From IMG/VR virus record IMGVR_UViG_3300025697_000023, positions 805 through 64,804 of that record: 64,000 nt of DNA; one strand, written 5' to 3'. Positions 38,301 through 46,558 of this stretch are shown here, one piece after another. Position numbers and translations under genes: made by a program. This DNA comes from a virus (Duplodnaviria > Caudoviricetes). The notes below the pieces were generated by a model. The model ran no database searches. It was not told where the DNA came from and was given only the letters and a program-made list of their open reading frames with translations. The first letter of the stretch is position 1, and each line of letters starts with the position of its first letter.

Positions 38301-40775
38301 TCTCGGCAGCTTACGGAATATGTATCTCAATTTGGTCATGCTCAAGATAAACATATTCCTCCTGAGGTTTTCACGTGGGGAATTGACGCTGCACAGGCTA
38401 TGTTGGAAGGATTAATGGGCTGTGACGGAAATGCTTCTCAGAGCGGTAGTTGGTCATATTCTACTGTTTCAAAACAACTAGCGGATGATGTTCAACGTCT
38501 TGTGCTCCACGCAGGATGGGCGGCGAATATAAAAGAAAAGATGCCAGATAATCCTAACTGGAGTTTATGTTATAGTGTTCGGATTGTTAAATCTAAGTTA
38601 GCACCCCAAATAAATCATGGGCATTCACGAACACAAAATGGTCAAGAAGAACGAATAATTAAATCAAAAGAACCGGTATGGGGGGTTACAGTTCCCAATC
38701 ATGTTCTTTATGTCCGCGTTAAAGGAACTACTGTCTGGTCAGGGAATTCAGGACGTTTCGGCAATAAAGGAGTTATCTCCCAAATTATTCCTGACGACCA
38801 AATGATTGCGGATGAAGCTGGAAAACCTATTGATCTCATCATGACTTCTGCCGGAGTAGTTTCTAGAGTAAACCCCAGTCAGATTATTGAATCTGCGGTA
38901 GGAAAAGTTGCGGAGAAGAGAGGTAAACCCCTGCTTGTTGAAAACTTTTCAGGCCAAGATAATGTTAAGTGGGCAAAAGAGTTACTCAAAAAACACGGGA
39001 TCAAAGATAAAGAAACTGTGTATGACCCCCGAACGGGCAAGAAGATTCCGGGAGTATTTGTAGGTCGTCAATTTATAATGAAATTGTTTAAGTCCACAGA
39101 TACTAACTACGGAGCCCGCGGTCTAGGAAGTTACGACGTAAACCTTCAACCCACCAAGGGCGGTGCCTTGAGCGCCAAGACTCTGGGGCGAATGGAGTTT
39201 GATGCACTGATAGGACACAATGCTAGAAACATGCTTCGTGAAGCCACCGCAATTAAAAGTCAAAAAAACGATGAATACTGGCGAGCACTGCAGCTAGGGT
39301 ATCCAACTCCACAACCAAAAACCACCTTTGCAGCTGATAAGTTTTTGAACATGCTTACTGGAGCTGGCATCAAGGTTAACCGCCATAAAAATATAATGTC
39401 TCTTGCACCTTTGACTGACGCTGATGTTACAAAATTATCTGCGGGGGAAATCAAAGATGCAAAATTAGTTAGAGCCCGGGACCTTCGACCGGAAGTAGGC
39501 GGACTCTTTGATCCAGCTATAACAGGAGGTTTGCAAGGGACTAAGTTCAGCCATGTGTCTTTGGCTGAGCCTGTTATTAGTCCCGTATTCCGTGACCCTG
39601 TTCGTAGGCTTTTAGGCATGACAGTAAGTCAACTCAATACTGCAGTTAATGAAAAGGGTGCTAAGCATATCCAAAAAGAATTAGCTAAAATTAATATAGA
39701 TCAGCGTCTTCGTGACTTGTATAAATCGATGAAAAAGAAATCAGGGACGCAACTTGATAATGATTTGAAACAGACTAAGTATCTACGGTCGTTGAAAAAA
39801 CTAGACCTTACTCCTGACAAAGCCTATATCGTTTCAAAGATACCCGTAGTGCCTCCAGTAGTGCGCCCCATCATCCCTGGTAAGGGTGGTCAGGAGATCA
39901 TGTACGGGGATATTAATCCACTCTACCGAGATCTTATCTACATTAATAATCAGTTCAAGGATGTTAAGAAAAACAAAGTTTTGCTGGATGAAGATAAAAA
40001 CTTACGGCCAGCCCTCCAAGAAGCTGTGGGAGCTATCTACGGAACCAATGACCCTGTTACTCAAAAATCTAGAGCACGAGGTCACAAAGGATTCCTGACT
40101 GCCATTGCGGGAACCACTCCTAAGCTTGGGTATTTTCAATCCAAGTTGATTTCAAAAACACAGGATGTTTCTGGCCGCGGAACTATTGTACCTGACGTTA
40201 CCCTGGGGATTGATGAAGTAGGAATTCCTGAAGATATGCTCTGGACAATGTATGAAAAATTCTTGGTTAAGCGGTTGGTACAGAATGGTTACAAGGCTCT
40301 TCAGGCACGCGAGATGGTTGAGGAGCGGCATCCTGGAGCACGCGACATGCTTATGCGAGAAATACAGGAGAGGCCTGTAGTAGTTAACCGGGCGCCTACG
40401 CTGCATCGATACAACATGCTTGGTGCCTTCCCCAAAGCTGTTCCCGGTAAAACGATTAGAATTAATCCCTTTATGGAACCGAGCTTGAATGCAGATTATG
40501 ATGGTGACAGCATGAATATCCATGTCCCCGTCAGTCCGGAAGCAGTTAATGATGCCAAGGATATCACATTATCTCACATGCTCTTCAGTGACAAAGCCCG
40601 GGACAGTCTCCTAGTCTTCCCTGAAATGGAGGCCATCATGGGTCTCGCTCATGCTACTGAAGTAGATGATAAAAATACCACTACAAAAGATTTTAAAAAC
40701 AAGGGAGATGCCCTGAAGGCATATTATGCGGGTAAGATTGGATTAGGAACTCGAGTGAAGGTAGGTAAAAAGTAA
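35358..40775 (+). CDS. rpoBC: RNA polymerase beta subunit fused to the N-terminal half of beta', with intein
   Basis: beta motifs TNPM..RVTSLGEGG, HPTQIG.LDPIRTPE, NRAIMGSKM.TQA, GDKL/SGRFGNKG, QPTKGG..LGRME; beta' motifs GGLFDPAITG, IPVVPPVVRP, NRAPTLHR, catalytic NADYDGD. Confidence 0.95.
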   Translation: MPDLTPIMMDPEQKRAAIKQRVMEGLRESFPVKSRNKTLEVLDLKFVDKDFSPSDQKAALLRGDTLHEAVKGTLRLKDKDGKLIDELKDFTMARIPWFTPRHTFIVGGNEYSVSNMVRPKPGVYARKRANEVLEANFNIVGGHNFNITMDPEKGEPQLEYGSSKIPLYTILRKAGVSHERIAKIWGRKLAEQNHKKLSKNADKHVDKLYNKIIPEYRQKAGAGTSDKIDEIFARYADTHMDPDVNEATLGKRYSGVSQDSLLDASGKVLQIFKQDAEVDDRDNLDFKTIHGVEDFFKERIKLDARDVARKTAIKMEVVPELKKALASGPFTKGILKFINSSQLASVPTQTNPMELIDAAMRVTSLGEGGISSERAIPIEARYTHPTQIGALDPIRTPESFRAGIDVRAAMMVKRDNNGNIYVPVYDVKKKKSKYIRAGEIQRKILAFPGQKMTGKVDVLDRGRVRVLPASQVDYQIPHVSAMYSPTTNLVPFIESSQGNRAIMGSKMSTQALSLVDREAPLVQVKSQTGDSFESLMGSIINPTAPINGTVTRVTDEYIYIRPDGEKVGAVGGKTVKVPYEKDFPLASKTYLDHKILVKSGDRVKRGQTLGESNFTRGGKLALGKNLRVAYMPYYGANSNDAVVVSEGGAGKLTSERMYKIVVTRDNDLTFNREKHRTYYGHGYTKDQYGPLDNEGVVKPGAKIKSGDPVILGLRKSEMTADDIILGKLHRSLARPYREFKQGWDHDYEGEVIDVVKTPKRIALTIKTRERATVGDKLCYTKDTDVLTTGGWLPISEVDYNTVLYTLKQNGNIELQLPTELYRYNSADELYELESQQVNLRVTPNHNLYVKTRNAQDYALIEAQKVLGKRVRHKKDGIWQAETPRAVRIPTVIRKTVGRKSKKLPEIDTLAWCRFLGAYLANGSFLVHMRKDRKGSIEYRTAIHTVEGQTHSVSGDQHTWIQNIINACGFVGQQRKDRYNISSRQLTEYVSQFGHAQDKHIPPEVFTWGIDAAQAMLEGLMGCDGNASQSGSWSYSTVSKQLADDVQRLVLHAGWAANIKEKMPDNPNWSLCYSVRIVKSKLAPQINHGHSRTQNGQEERIIKSKEPVWGVTVPNHVLYVRVKGTTVWSGNSGRFGNKGVISQIIPDDQMIADEAGKPIDLIMTSAGVVSRVNPSQIIESAVGKVAEKRGKPLLVENFSGQDNVKWAKELLKKHGIKDKETVYDPRTGKKIPGVFVGRQFIMKLFKSTDTNYGARGLGSYDVNLQPTKGGALSAKTLGRMEFDALIGHNARNMLREATAIKSQKNDEYWRALQLGYPTPQPKTTFAADKFLNMLTGAGIKVNRHKNIMSLAPLTDADVTKLSAGEIKDAKLVRARDLRPEVGGLFDPAITGGLQGTKFSHVSLAEPVISPVFRDPVRRLLGMTVSQLNTAVNEKGAKHIQKELAKINIDQRLRDLYKSMKKKSGTQLDNDLKQTKYLRSLKKLDLTPDKAYIVSKIPVVPPVVRPIIPGKGGQEIMYGDINPLYRDLIYINNQFKDVKKNKVLLDEDKNLRPALQEAVGAIYGTNDPVTQKSRARGHKGFLTAIAGTTPKLGYFQSKLISKTQDVSGRGTIVPDVTLGIDEVGIPEDMLWTMYEKFLVKRLVQNGYKALQAREMVEERHPGARDMLMREIQERPVVVNRAPTLHRYNMLGAFPKAVPGKTIRINPFMEPSLNADYDGDSMNIHVPVSPEAVNDAKDITLSHMLFSDKARDSLLVFPEMEAIMGLAHATEVDDKNTTTKDFKNKGDALKAYYAGKIGLGTRVKVGKK
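37689..38747 (+). mobile_element. intein (~353 aa) with LAGLIDADG endonuclease in RNAP beta
   Basis: CYTKDT...VTPNH...FLGAYLANGS...MLEGLMGCDG...VWSGN, between GDKL and SGRFGNKG. Confidence 0.92.
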
Positions 40776-42266
40776 GTGGCTACTTCCCCCAATTCCTGGA
40801 GCGCCCGCTTAACTGGCGGAAATCCTCTTACTAAGCAGGATGTCCACGACTACTATACTGACCCTGTCATCCAGCAACGTATGTTAGCAGCTCTGGCTGG
40901 ACGTAACTTACTCGCAGTTATGTCTAGGTCTCCAACACAGCAGATATTTAAACGCTATCTTGGGAAGAACAAACCCATCCGGATTGACTCGAAAGATGAT
41001 CTCGATTATTATACATCCCGTCGTTACACTGAGTTTCATCCTACCGTAGGAGACCAAACACAGGAGGTATGGGTTGATATCGATCCCGGTAAAGGCGTTT
41101 CTACCGCACAACTCAAACCAGCTGTCAGGGATGTTGCAAAAACTGTACGTTCCGTACCCAACGTCCGTGATGTCGCCATCTCTTTCTCCGGAGGGCGTGG
41201 CTTCCACGTTCGTGGCTTTTTGGATAAGCCCCGTAATACCGATAGAATGCGCAAACAGCTCGAGTCTGAACTGGGCGGAATTCTCAAAACTACCCCAGCA
41301 TATACTCTGACGCCCCCGGGTAAGGGTGAAATTCGCCTGGATGTGTCTACCCTGCATAACAAGGGATCCCTTCGGGCCCCGTACTCACTCCACAGCGAGA
41401 CCGGGCTCGTAGCTCTACCTCTAAAAAATAATGAACTAGATAAATTCGATCCTAAGAAAGATGCTACTCCTGAGGAAGTTCTTAAGCGTAAAGAATTTGC
41501 GCCCGGAATTTCTATGGAGCGAACTATTCAACCAATTCCTGAAGAGAGCGGGAAACATTGGACCCTTGCAGTTCAGGAACATAACGCAAAAAAAGCAGGT
41601 AAACATTTTGATCTTCGTCTGGTAGATCCTAGTACAGGCTTTGCGCATTCTTGGGCAATTCCTAAGACCAAGTTTCCGGCACAAAAGGATCGTCCTATTC
41701 TGGCTATCCAAACTCCTACACATACTGCTGAGTATGCTCTCCAGTTTGGTGCAGACAAGACACGTACAATCGGTAAAGGGTATGGTGCTGGAACCGTTCG
41801 TATTGTTGAAAAGAATCCTGTAAAAATTATTACGGCTAAACCAAACTCAATAAAGTTTGAAAAGGACACAGGGGAGACCTATCATTTGTTTAGGACAAAG
41901 GATACAACCTGGCTTTTGAGAAATATAACAAGTACAAAAGAGGGAGCCGATATGTCTGAGGCGTTTAATACGGGGTATAGGCTGACAATGGAAAAAATAG
42001 CAGCCCGTCGAACCATGGGTATGGAGGGCTCTCCACCTGTAAGTGAAACGAACCAGCCCCTGGAGAACGCTGATCAGGGGGGTGCAGCAGACTCCTTAGC
42101 AAAAATGCTCCAAGAAATTCCCGAACTACAGTCTAAAAACCAGAGTAAGAGTACTAACTTGGGAATACAGCAGAGACTCAACAGACGCACAGGATGGTCA
42201 GGTCCTCATAGTATGCAGGGAGAACGAATCGAGGGAGCTTCACCTATTATGGTGGGAAGGTGGTAA
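40776..42266 (+). CDS. LigD-like primase-polymerase plus 3'-phosphoesterase fusion (no ligase domain)
   Basis: AEP motifs TEFHP, VDIDPG, SGGRGFHV, RAPYSL; PE motifs VQEHNA..HFDLRL, SWAIPK, H..EY..F, GYGAGTV. Confidence 0.88.
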   Translation: MATSPNSWSARLTGGNPLTKQDVHDYYTDPVIQQRMLAALAGRNLLAVMSRSPTQQIFKRYLGKNKPIRIDSKDDLDYYTSRRYTEFHPTVGDQTQEVWVDIDPGKGVSTAQLKPAVRDVAKTVRSVPNVRDVAISFSGGRGFHVRGFLDKPRNTDRMRKQLESELGGILKTTPAYTLTPPGKGEIRLDVSTLHNKGSLRAPYSLHSETGLVALPLKNNELDKFDPKKDATPEEVLKRKEFAPGISMERTIQPIPEESGKHWTLAVQEHNAKKAGKHFDLRLVDPSTGFAHSWAIPKTKFPAQKDRPILAIQTPTHTAEYALQFGADKTRTIGKGYGAGTVRIVEKNPVKIITAKPNSIKFEKDTGETYHLFRTKDTTWLLRNITSTKEGADMSEAFNTGYRLTMEKIAARRTMGMEGSPPVSETNQPLENADQGGAADSLAKMLQEIPELQSKNQSKSTNLGIQQRLNRRTGWSGPHSMQGERIEGASPIMVGRW

Positions 42267-42268
42267 AG

Positions 42269-42535
42269 ATGAAGAAGACAGCAAACCAAATCGCAGACGA
42301 AGTTATTGAGAAAGTGGCAATGCCTTACAAAGGAATGATAAAGTCCACTAAACAGATGATTAAAACCTTGACAGGATTTAATGATGCTGCAAGCCGTAAA
42401 GCACTCAAAGAAAGTCAAAAATTCTTAAAAGAAATGGAAGCAGCACAGTCCACAGCAGCCCATGACTTGGGGAGCGTTGACATAGATAAAGGACTTAAAT
42501 CCGTAGGTATGAAACCGTTAAACTTAGGTAAATAA
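42269..42535 (+). CDS. small protein with MKKTANQIAD leader
   Basis: N-terminus nearly identical to that of 60917..61126. Confidence 0.65.
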   Translation: MKKTANQIADEVIEKVAMPYKGMIKSTKQMIKTLTGFNDAASRKALKESQKFLKEMEAAQSTAAHDLGSVDIDKGLKSVGMKPLNLGK

Positions 42536-44329
42536 ATGACTGAAACCTTCGGAAAATATCTAATTAACGATACCCTTCCACACGAACATCGTGTCACTGG
42601 GGCAGTGACTAAAAAAGATTTCTCTAAGCGTATGGTGATCTTGGCTAAGGAAGATCCTACTAAATACGCAAAACTCGTAACGCGGCTCAAAAAACTAGGA
42701 GATGAATTAGCAACACAAGCAGGACTTTCTGTAGGTCTTGACGATATTACTCCGGAGTATTCTATTCGTAATCAAACCTTGGCTCCGTATTTGAAAAGAT
42801 TTAGGGAAACTAAGTTAGCAGATAAACACCGGGCTATTGCTGAGGCCGCGCAGGAAAAAATGCAAAAAATGGTCATGCGCCATCCCGGGTCACTTACTCA
42901 GCAGGTTCGTTCTGGAGCCCGAGGAAAATCGTTTCAGCTCATGGGTATTGTCGCAGGCCCTGTTGCCTCCAATGAACCTACAGGACAAACAGCTCCCTGG
43001 ATCATTCAGAAATCCTACAGTGAAGGTCTATCTCCCGCGGACTATTGGGTGGCAGGTAACGAAGCAATCCTGAATACTATCAAATCAAGTACCTCTGTCT
43101 CCGAGCCTGGAGAATTGTCTAAAGTTCTAATTAACAATATGAATGATCTCATAATTACGGAAGATGACTGTGGAACCACTAATGGAATTCTCCTGAAAAC
43201 CACAAATCCTGATGTTATCGATAGATACTTAGCTCGAGATACCGGGCCTTTCCGACGTAACATGCTTATCACTTCGCTACTACAGCCTAAGCTGGCACGC
43301 ACAAGTACTAAGGTATTGGTACGTTCTCCTATGACTTGTGAAGCGGGAGACGGAGTTTGCCAGAAGTGCCAAGGCCTCGACGAAAAAGGGAATATTCAGG
43401 AGATGGGAACCAATGTAGGCGTCCGTGCTGCTCAGGCTATGGCCGAACCCCTAACACAATTTGCACTGGATGCTAAGCACGGTACGCGTACCGCGAAGGG
43501 TGAGCGTAAAAAAGTAGGAGGCATCGTAGGCTTCCGACAAATTATTGAGTCACCTAAAACGTTTATTAATAAAGCAACTCTGGCATCAATATCTGGAAAA
43601 ATTAAGAATATCGAGACTGCCCCCCAGGGAGGACATTTTGTTTTTGTTGATAACGAAAAACATTACGTCAGTCCTAATCTTGGTGTGATTGTTCAAAAAG
43701 GAGATGTCCTGGAGGCGGGGGATGTATTAAGTGAGGGTATTCCAAAACCTGATGAGGTGGTTAAATACAAAGGCCTCGGGGCGGGGCGTCTTTACATGGT
43801 GAATACCCTAAAAGATCTATACCGTAATCAAGGTCGTGATCTTGACCAGCGTCATTTTGAACTCTTGGCCCGAGGTGAACTAGACTTTGCGAGGATTGTA
43901 GATGATCCTGGAAATACATTTTTAAAGGGTGACATAGTAAGTTATAACCAAATTCAATCTACACTAGGGCGTGACACGCAGGAAGTACCAGTTAAGGATG
44001 CAATTGGACAAACACTCGGAAAAGATTATTTCCAATATTCTACAGGTCTTAGGGTTACTCCATCTGTTGCAAGATTTTTACAAAAAGAAAACGTAAAAAG
44101 TGTTCAGATTGCTCCGAGGGCTCCAGAGATAGAGTTTGTAATGAAACCTGCAACCCGTGCGCCCCTGCTTAATCCCGATTGGATGGCTCGACTATCCCAC
44201 CGTAATTTGAAAGTTACTCTTCAGCAAGCAGCTCACTTTGGAGAAAAGTCAGATCTCCACGGAGTTCACCCTGTTCCGGCGTATATTATGGGAGTGGACT
44301 TTGGTAAAGGAGAACAGGGACGTTATTAA
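42536..44329 (+). CDS. rpoC2: RNA polymerase beta' C-terminal half
   Basis: GLSVGLDDI, SGARG, SYSEGLS, ITEDDCGT, VRSPMTC...VCQKC.G, VGVRAAQAMAEPLTQ...H, RHFELL. Confidence 0.92.
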   Translation: MTETFGKYLINDTLPHEHRVTGAVTKKDFSKRMVILAKEDPTKYAKLVTRLKKLGDELATQAGLSVGLDDITPEYSIRNQTLAPYLKRFRETKLADKHRAIAEAAQEKMQKMVMRHPGSLTQQVRSGARGKSFQLMGIVAGPVASNEPTGQTAPWIIQKSYSEGLSPADYWVAGNEAILNTIKSSTSVSEPGELSKVLINNMNDLIITEDDCGTTNGILLKTTNPDVIDRYLARDTGPFRRNMLITSLLQPKLARTSTKVLVRSPMTCEAGDGVCQKCQGLDEKGNIQEMGTNVGVRAAQAMAEPLTQFALDAKHGTRTAKGERKKVGGIVGFRQIIESPKTFINKATLASISGKIKNIETAPQGGHFVFVDNEKHYVSPNLGVIVQKGDVLEAGDVLSEGIPKPDEVVKYKGLGAGRLYMVNTLKDLYRNQGRDLDQRHFELLARGELDFARIVDDPGNTFLKGDIVSYNQIQSTLGRDTQEVPVKDAIGQTLGKDYFQYSTGLRVTPSVARFLQKENVKSVQIAPRAPEIEFVMKPATRAPLLNPDWMARLSHRNLKVTLQQAAHFGEKSDLHGVHPVPAYIMGVDFGKGEQGRY

Positions 44330-44925
44330 TGTCTTTAGACGCTGCACAAGCTGGTCGTGATTCTGTTTTTCACCTTATGGGCATGGAGAAAGAAGCCAAG
44401 GTATTTTCTCCCGGGTGGCTCGGACGTCTTGGTCAGGGGGCCAAACGCTTTATGATAGGAGACCCTAAAAAATTTATGGGAGAAGTCCGGTCAGGAAAAG
44501 TAATGGCTCCTGGAAGTTCTATCCGTTCTATGTTTGCGTTGCCCAGTTTTAAAAAACACCCGATAAAAGCTACAGCAATGGGGGGACTTATTTACGGACT
44601 TCCAGCTTACGAGGGTTATCAGATTTCACAGGATCCTGAACCTAATAAGGCACAACGTATTGGAGGTATGCTCGGAGGAACAGCTCTGGGGTGGGCAGCT
44701 TTTGGGCCGGTTGGAATGCTTGGATCTATCCCAGCGGGGATGGCAGGTGAATGGGCTGGCGGTCAACTCGGAAAAGGTGTGGGGAAACTAACCGGAGAAG
44801 GAACTGCTACTCAAGCAGAACTTCCTCCGCCCTCACGACGATTAATGCCTCATCAATATTTCAAGCAAACATCTCAGAATCGACCTTTGACCGATGTTTC
44901 GAAATGGCAACAACAACAATATTAG
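44329..44925 (+). CDS. Gly-rich hydrophobic (glycine-zipper-like) protein
   Basis: GGMLGGTALGWAAFGPVGMLGSIPAGMAG; MEKEA motif. Confidence 0.6.
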   Translation: MSLDAAQAGRDSVFHLMGMEKEAKVFSPGWLGRLGQGAKRFMIGDPKKFMGEVRSGKVMAPGSSIRSMFALPSFKKHPIKATAMGGLIYGLPAYEGYQISQDPEPNKAQRIGGMLGGTALGWAAFGPVGMLGSIPAGMAGEWAGGQLGKGVGKLTGEGTATQAELPPPSRRLMPHQYFKQTSQNRPLTDVSKWQQQQY

Positions 44926-44967
44926 CTCTTGAGGATTATCTTAAAAGGACCTATATTTGGACACGTA

Positions 44968-45342
44968 ATGCACGAACTTTTAAAAGCAGCCTATGCTGAA
45001 GGGGCTAAAACTGCACTCATGGACGTAGGATATTCTCAAGATGATGCTTACCAAATGAGCGAGAAAGTTGCACAAGAACCTCGAGGCACTCTAGAGCGTG
45101 TAATGACTGGGGCCCCGGTAGGAGCATCCTTGGGAGTATTGGCAGGAGGCGCCCTAGGGTTAGGCCGTACTCCTATCATGCGTCGAGAATTAATGCGTCT
45201 CTTAAAACAAAAAGAAAGTGGGGGTCTTTGGAAGGCACTAACAGAAGTGGCTTCAAACCCTGCTAATAAAGATCAGATACGTAATTTGGCAATTCCCGGA
45301 GCCGTTGGTGGCGGAGCCATTGGCGCAATCAGCGGAACGTAA
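44968..45342 (+). CDS. small Gly-rich protein with ELLKAAYAEG leader
   Basis: Leader shared with 62197..62541; GASLGVLAGGALG segment. Confidence 0.6.
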   Translation: MHELLKAAYAEGAKTALMDVGYSQDDAYQMSEKVAQEPRGTLERVMTGAPVGASLGVLAGGALGLGRTPIMRRELMRLLKQKESGGLWKALTEVASNPANKDQIRNLAIPGAVGGGAIGAISGT

Positions 45343-45354
45343 ACGGAGGAAATC

Positions 45355-46488
45355 ATGGGAGTTTGTAAATGTGCATGTGTTCGCGGAATAACTCACGAAA
45401 TGATTCGTCAAGGTGTTGTTTCTTTTCCGACTGCTAAACATGCAGAAGAAGTAGCCGATGCTATTGCTGGCAATATGGAAATGGGCGGCGGCATGGAAGA
45501 GGAGGGATTACCCGAAGGCCTCGAAGAAGCCGGGGGAGGTCTCCCGGAAATCACCGGAGAGGAAGGTCTGTCTCCGGAAGAAGCCGCGGAAGTAATGGAT
45601 CAGATTGTCGAAGTAGCTGACAACATCGCAGAAAAGATCGGTTCCGATACTAGTAATACGGGACTTCAGAAAGCCGCGGCTACAGTGACCTACGAGACAA
45701 TGGCGCACGCCACTGCTCTCGATCTTATGGAAAAAGCTGCGGGACCCACCGACGTGACCGGAGATGGCCAACACCAGGAGCAGTTTGCGGATGGTGGAAT
45801 GGCTGAGCAGGATATTCAGGATAATCCTTCTGCTGCAATAGTGGTTCCACAGGGAACTACCCAGTTCAGTACTGCTGAAGGAGAAATAGGAGCGGTAAAA
45901 CCCCAGGATGAAATGCCTGGCGATGCTCCTCCCATTACTAATGAAGTTTCAAAGCTGTCTTCTATGACATCCCTATTGCGGAAGCTTTCTATGGAAGGGG
46001 ACACGGCTACTGGAGACGGTACCCCTGGTGCCGGAACCGGTAAAGGTGATGGTAGACTCGATCTTGGAACTAATGTTGATATGGCCAAAGAGAAAGTAGT
46101 TCGTGCCCAGGGCTCTACAGCACAGGTACCGGTAGTTCCCGTGCCTACTAAGCCGAATCCTGCTGCAGCTGGGGTAACTGAGGGGAACAAGCCCACGACG
46201 GATGTTCAGAAGGAAGGTTCAGCTGACGCTGCCGAGATAGCCAAGGTTGCTGCTGCTATTCTTGCCCATCCTGATAAGGACACAATCCTTGCCAAGCTCG
46301 GTAAGGAGCTGCCGCCCGAGTTCTTCGATAAGAAAGACGATAAGAAGGACGACAAGAAGGACGACAAGAAAGACGACAAAGCCGAGGCTAAGGCTGACGA
46401 TAAAAAAGAAGAGTCCAAGAAAGAAGAGACTGAGAAAGAAGCAGCCCTCTATGGTGCCCTTTCCAGGATTGCCGCAGCCAACCTCTAA
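45355..46488 (+). CDS. acidic low-complexity protein, possible scaffold or internal head protein
   Basis: Glu/Gly-rich, several KxA sites, KKDD repeats, GGAGG SD. Confidence 0.55.
   Translation: MGVCKCACVRGITHEMIRQGVVSFPTAKHAEEVADAIAGNMEMGGGMEEEGLPEGLEEAGGGLPEITGEEGLSPEEAAEVMDQIVEVADNIAEKIGSDTSNTGLQKAAATVTYETMAHATALDLMEKAAGPTDVTGDGQHQEQFADGGMAEQDIQDNPSAAIVVPQGTTQFSTAEGEIGAVKPQDEMPGDAPPITNEVSKLSSMTSLLRKLSMEGDTATGDGTPGAGTGKGDGRLDLGTNVDMAKEKVVRAQGSTAQVPVVPVPTKPNPAAAGVTEGNKPTTDVQKEGSADAAEIAKVAAAILAHPDKDTILAKLGKELPPEFFDKKDDKKDDKKDDKKDDKAEAKADDKKEESKKEETEKEAALYGALSRIAAANL
46327..46380 (+). repeat. 12-bp coding tandem repeat (DKKD units)
   Basis: gataagaaagac-gataagaaggac-gacaagaaggac-gacaagaaagac. 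Confidence 0.8.
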
Positions 46489-46558
46489 AATCCTTTCTTT
46501 AATCTAAATTCGTACGTATACTTGTTGGCAGTTACTTTACCATAAGGAAGGTACGATT

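Noticed and set aside
35358-44329. Bacterial chromosomal rpoBC locus or pseudogenised rpoC
   Set aside because: There are no ribosomal-protein neighbours and the context is phage portal/capsid genes. Both parts are intact ORFs with catalytic motifs, separated by two complete genes.
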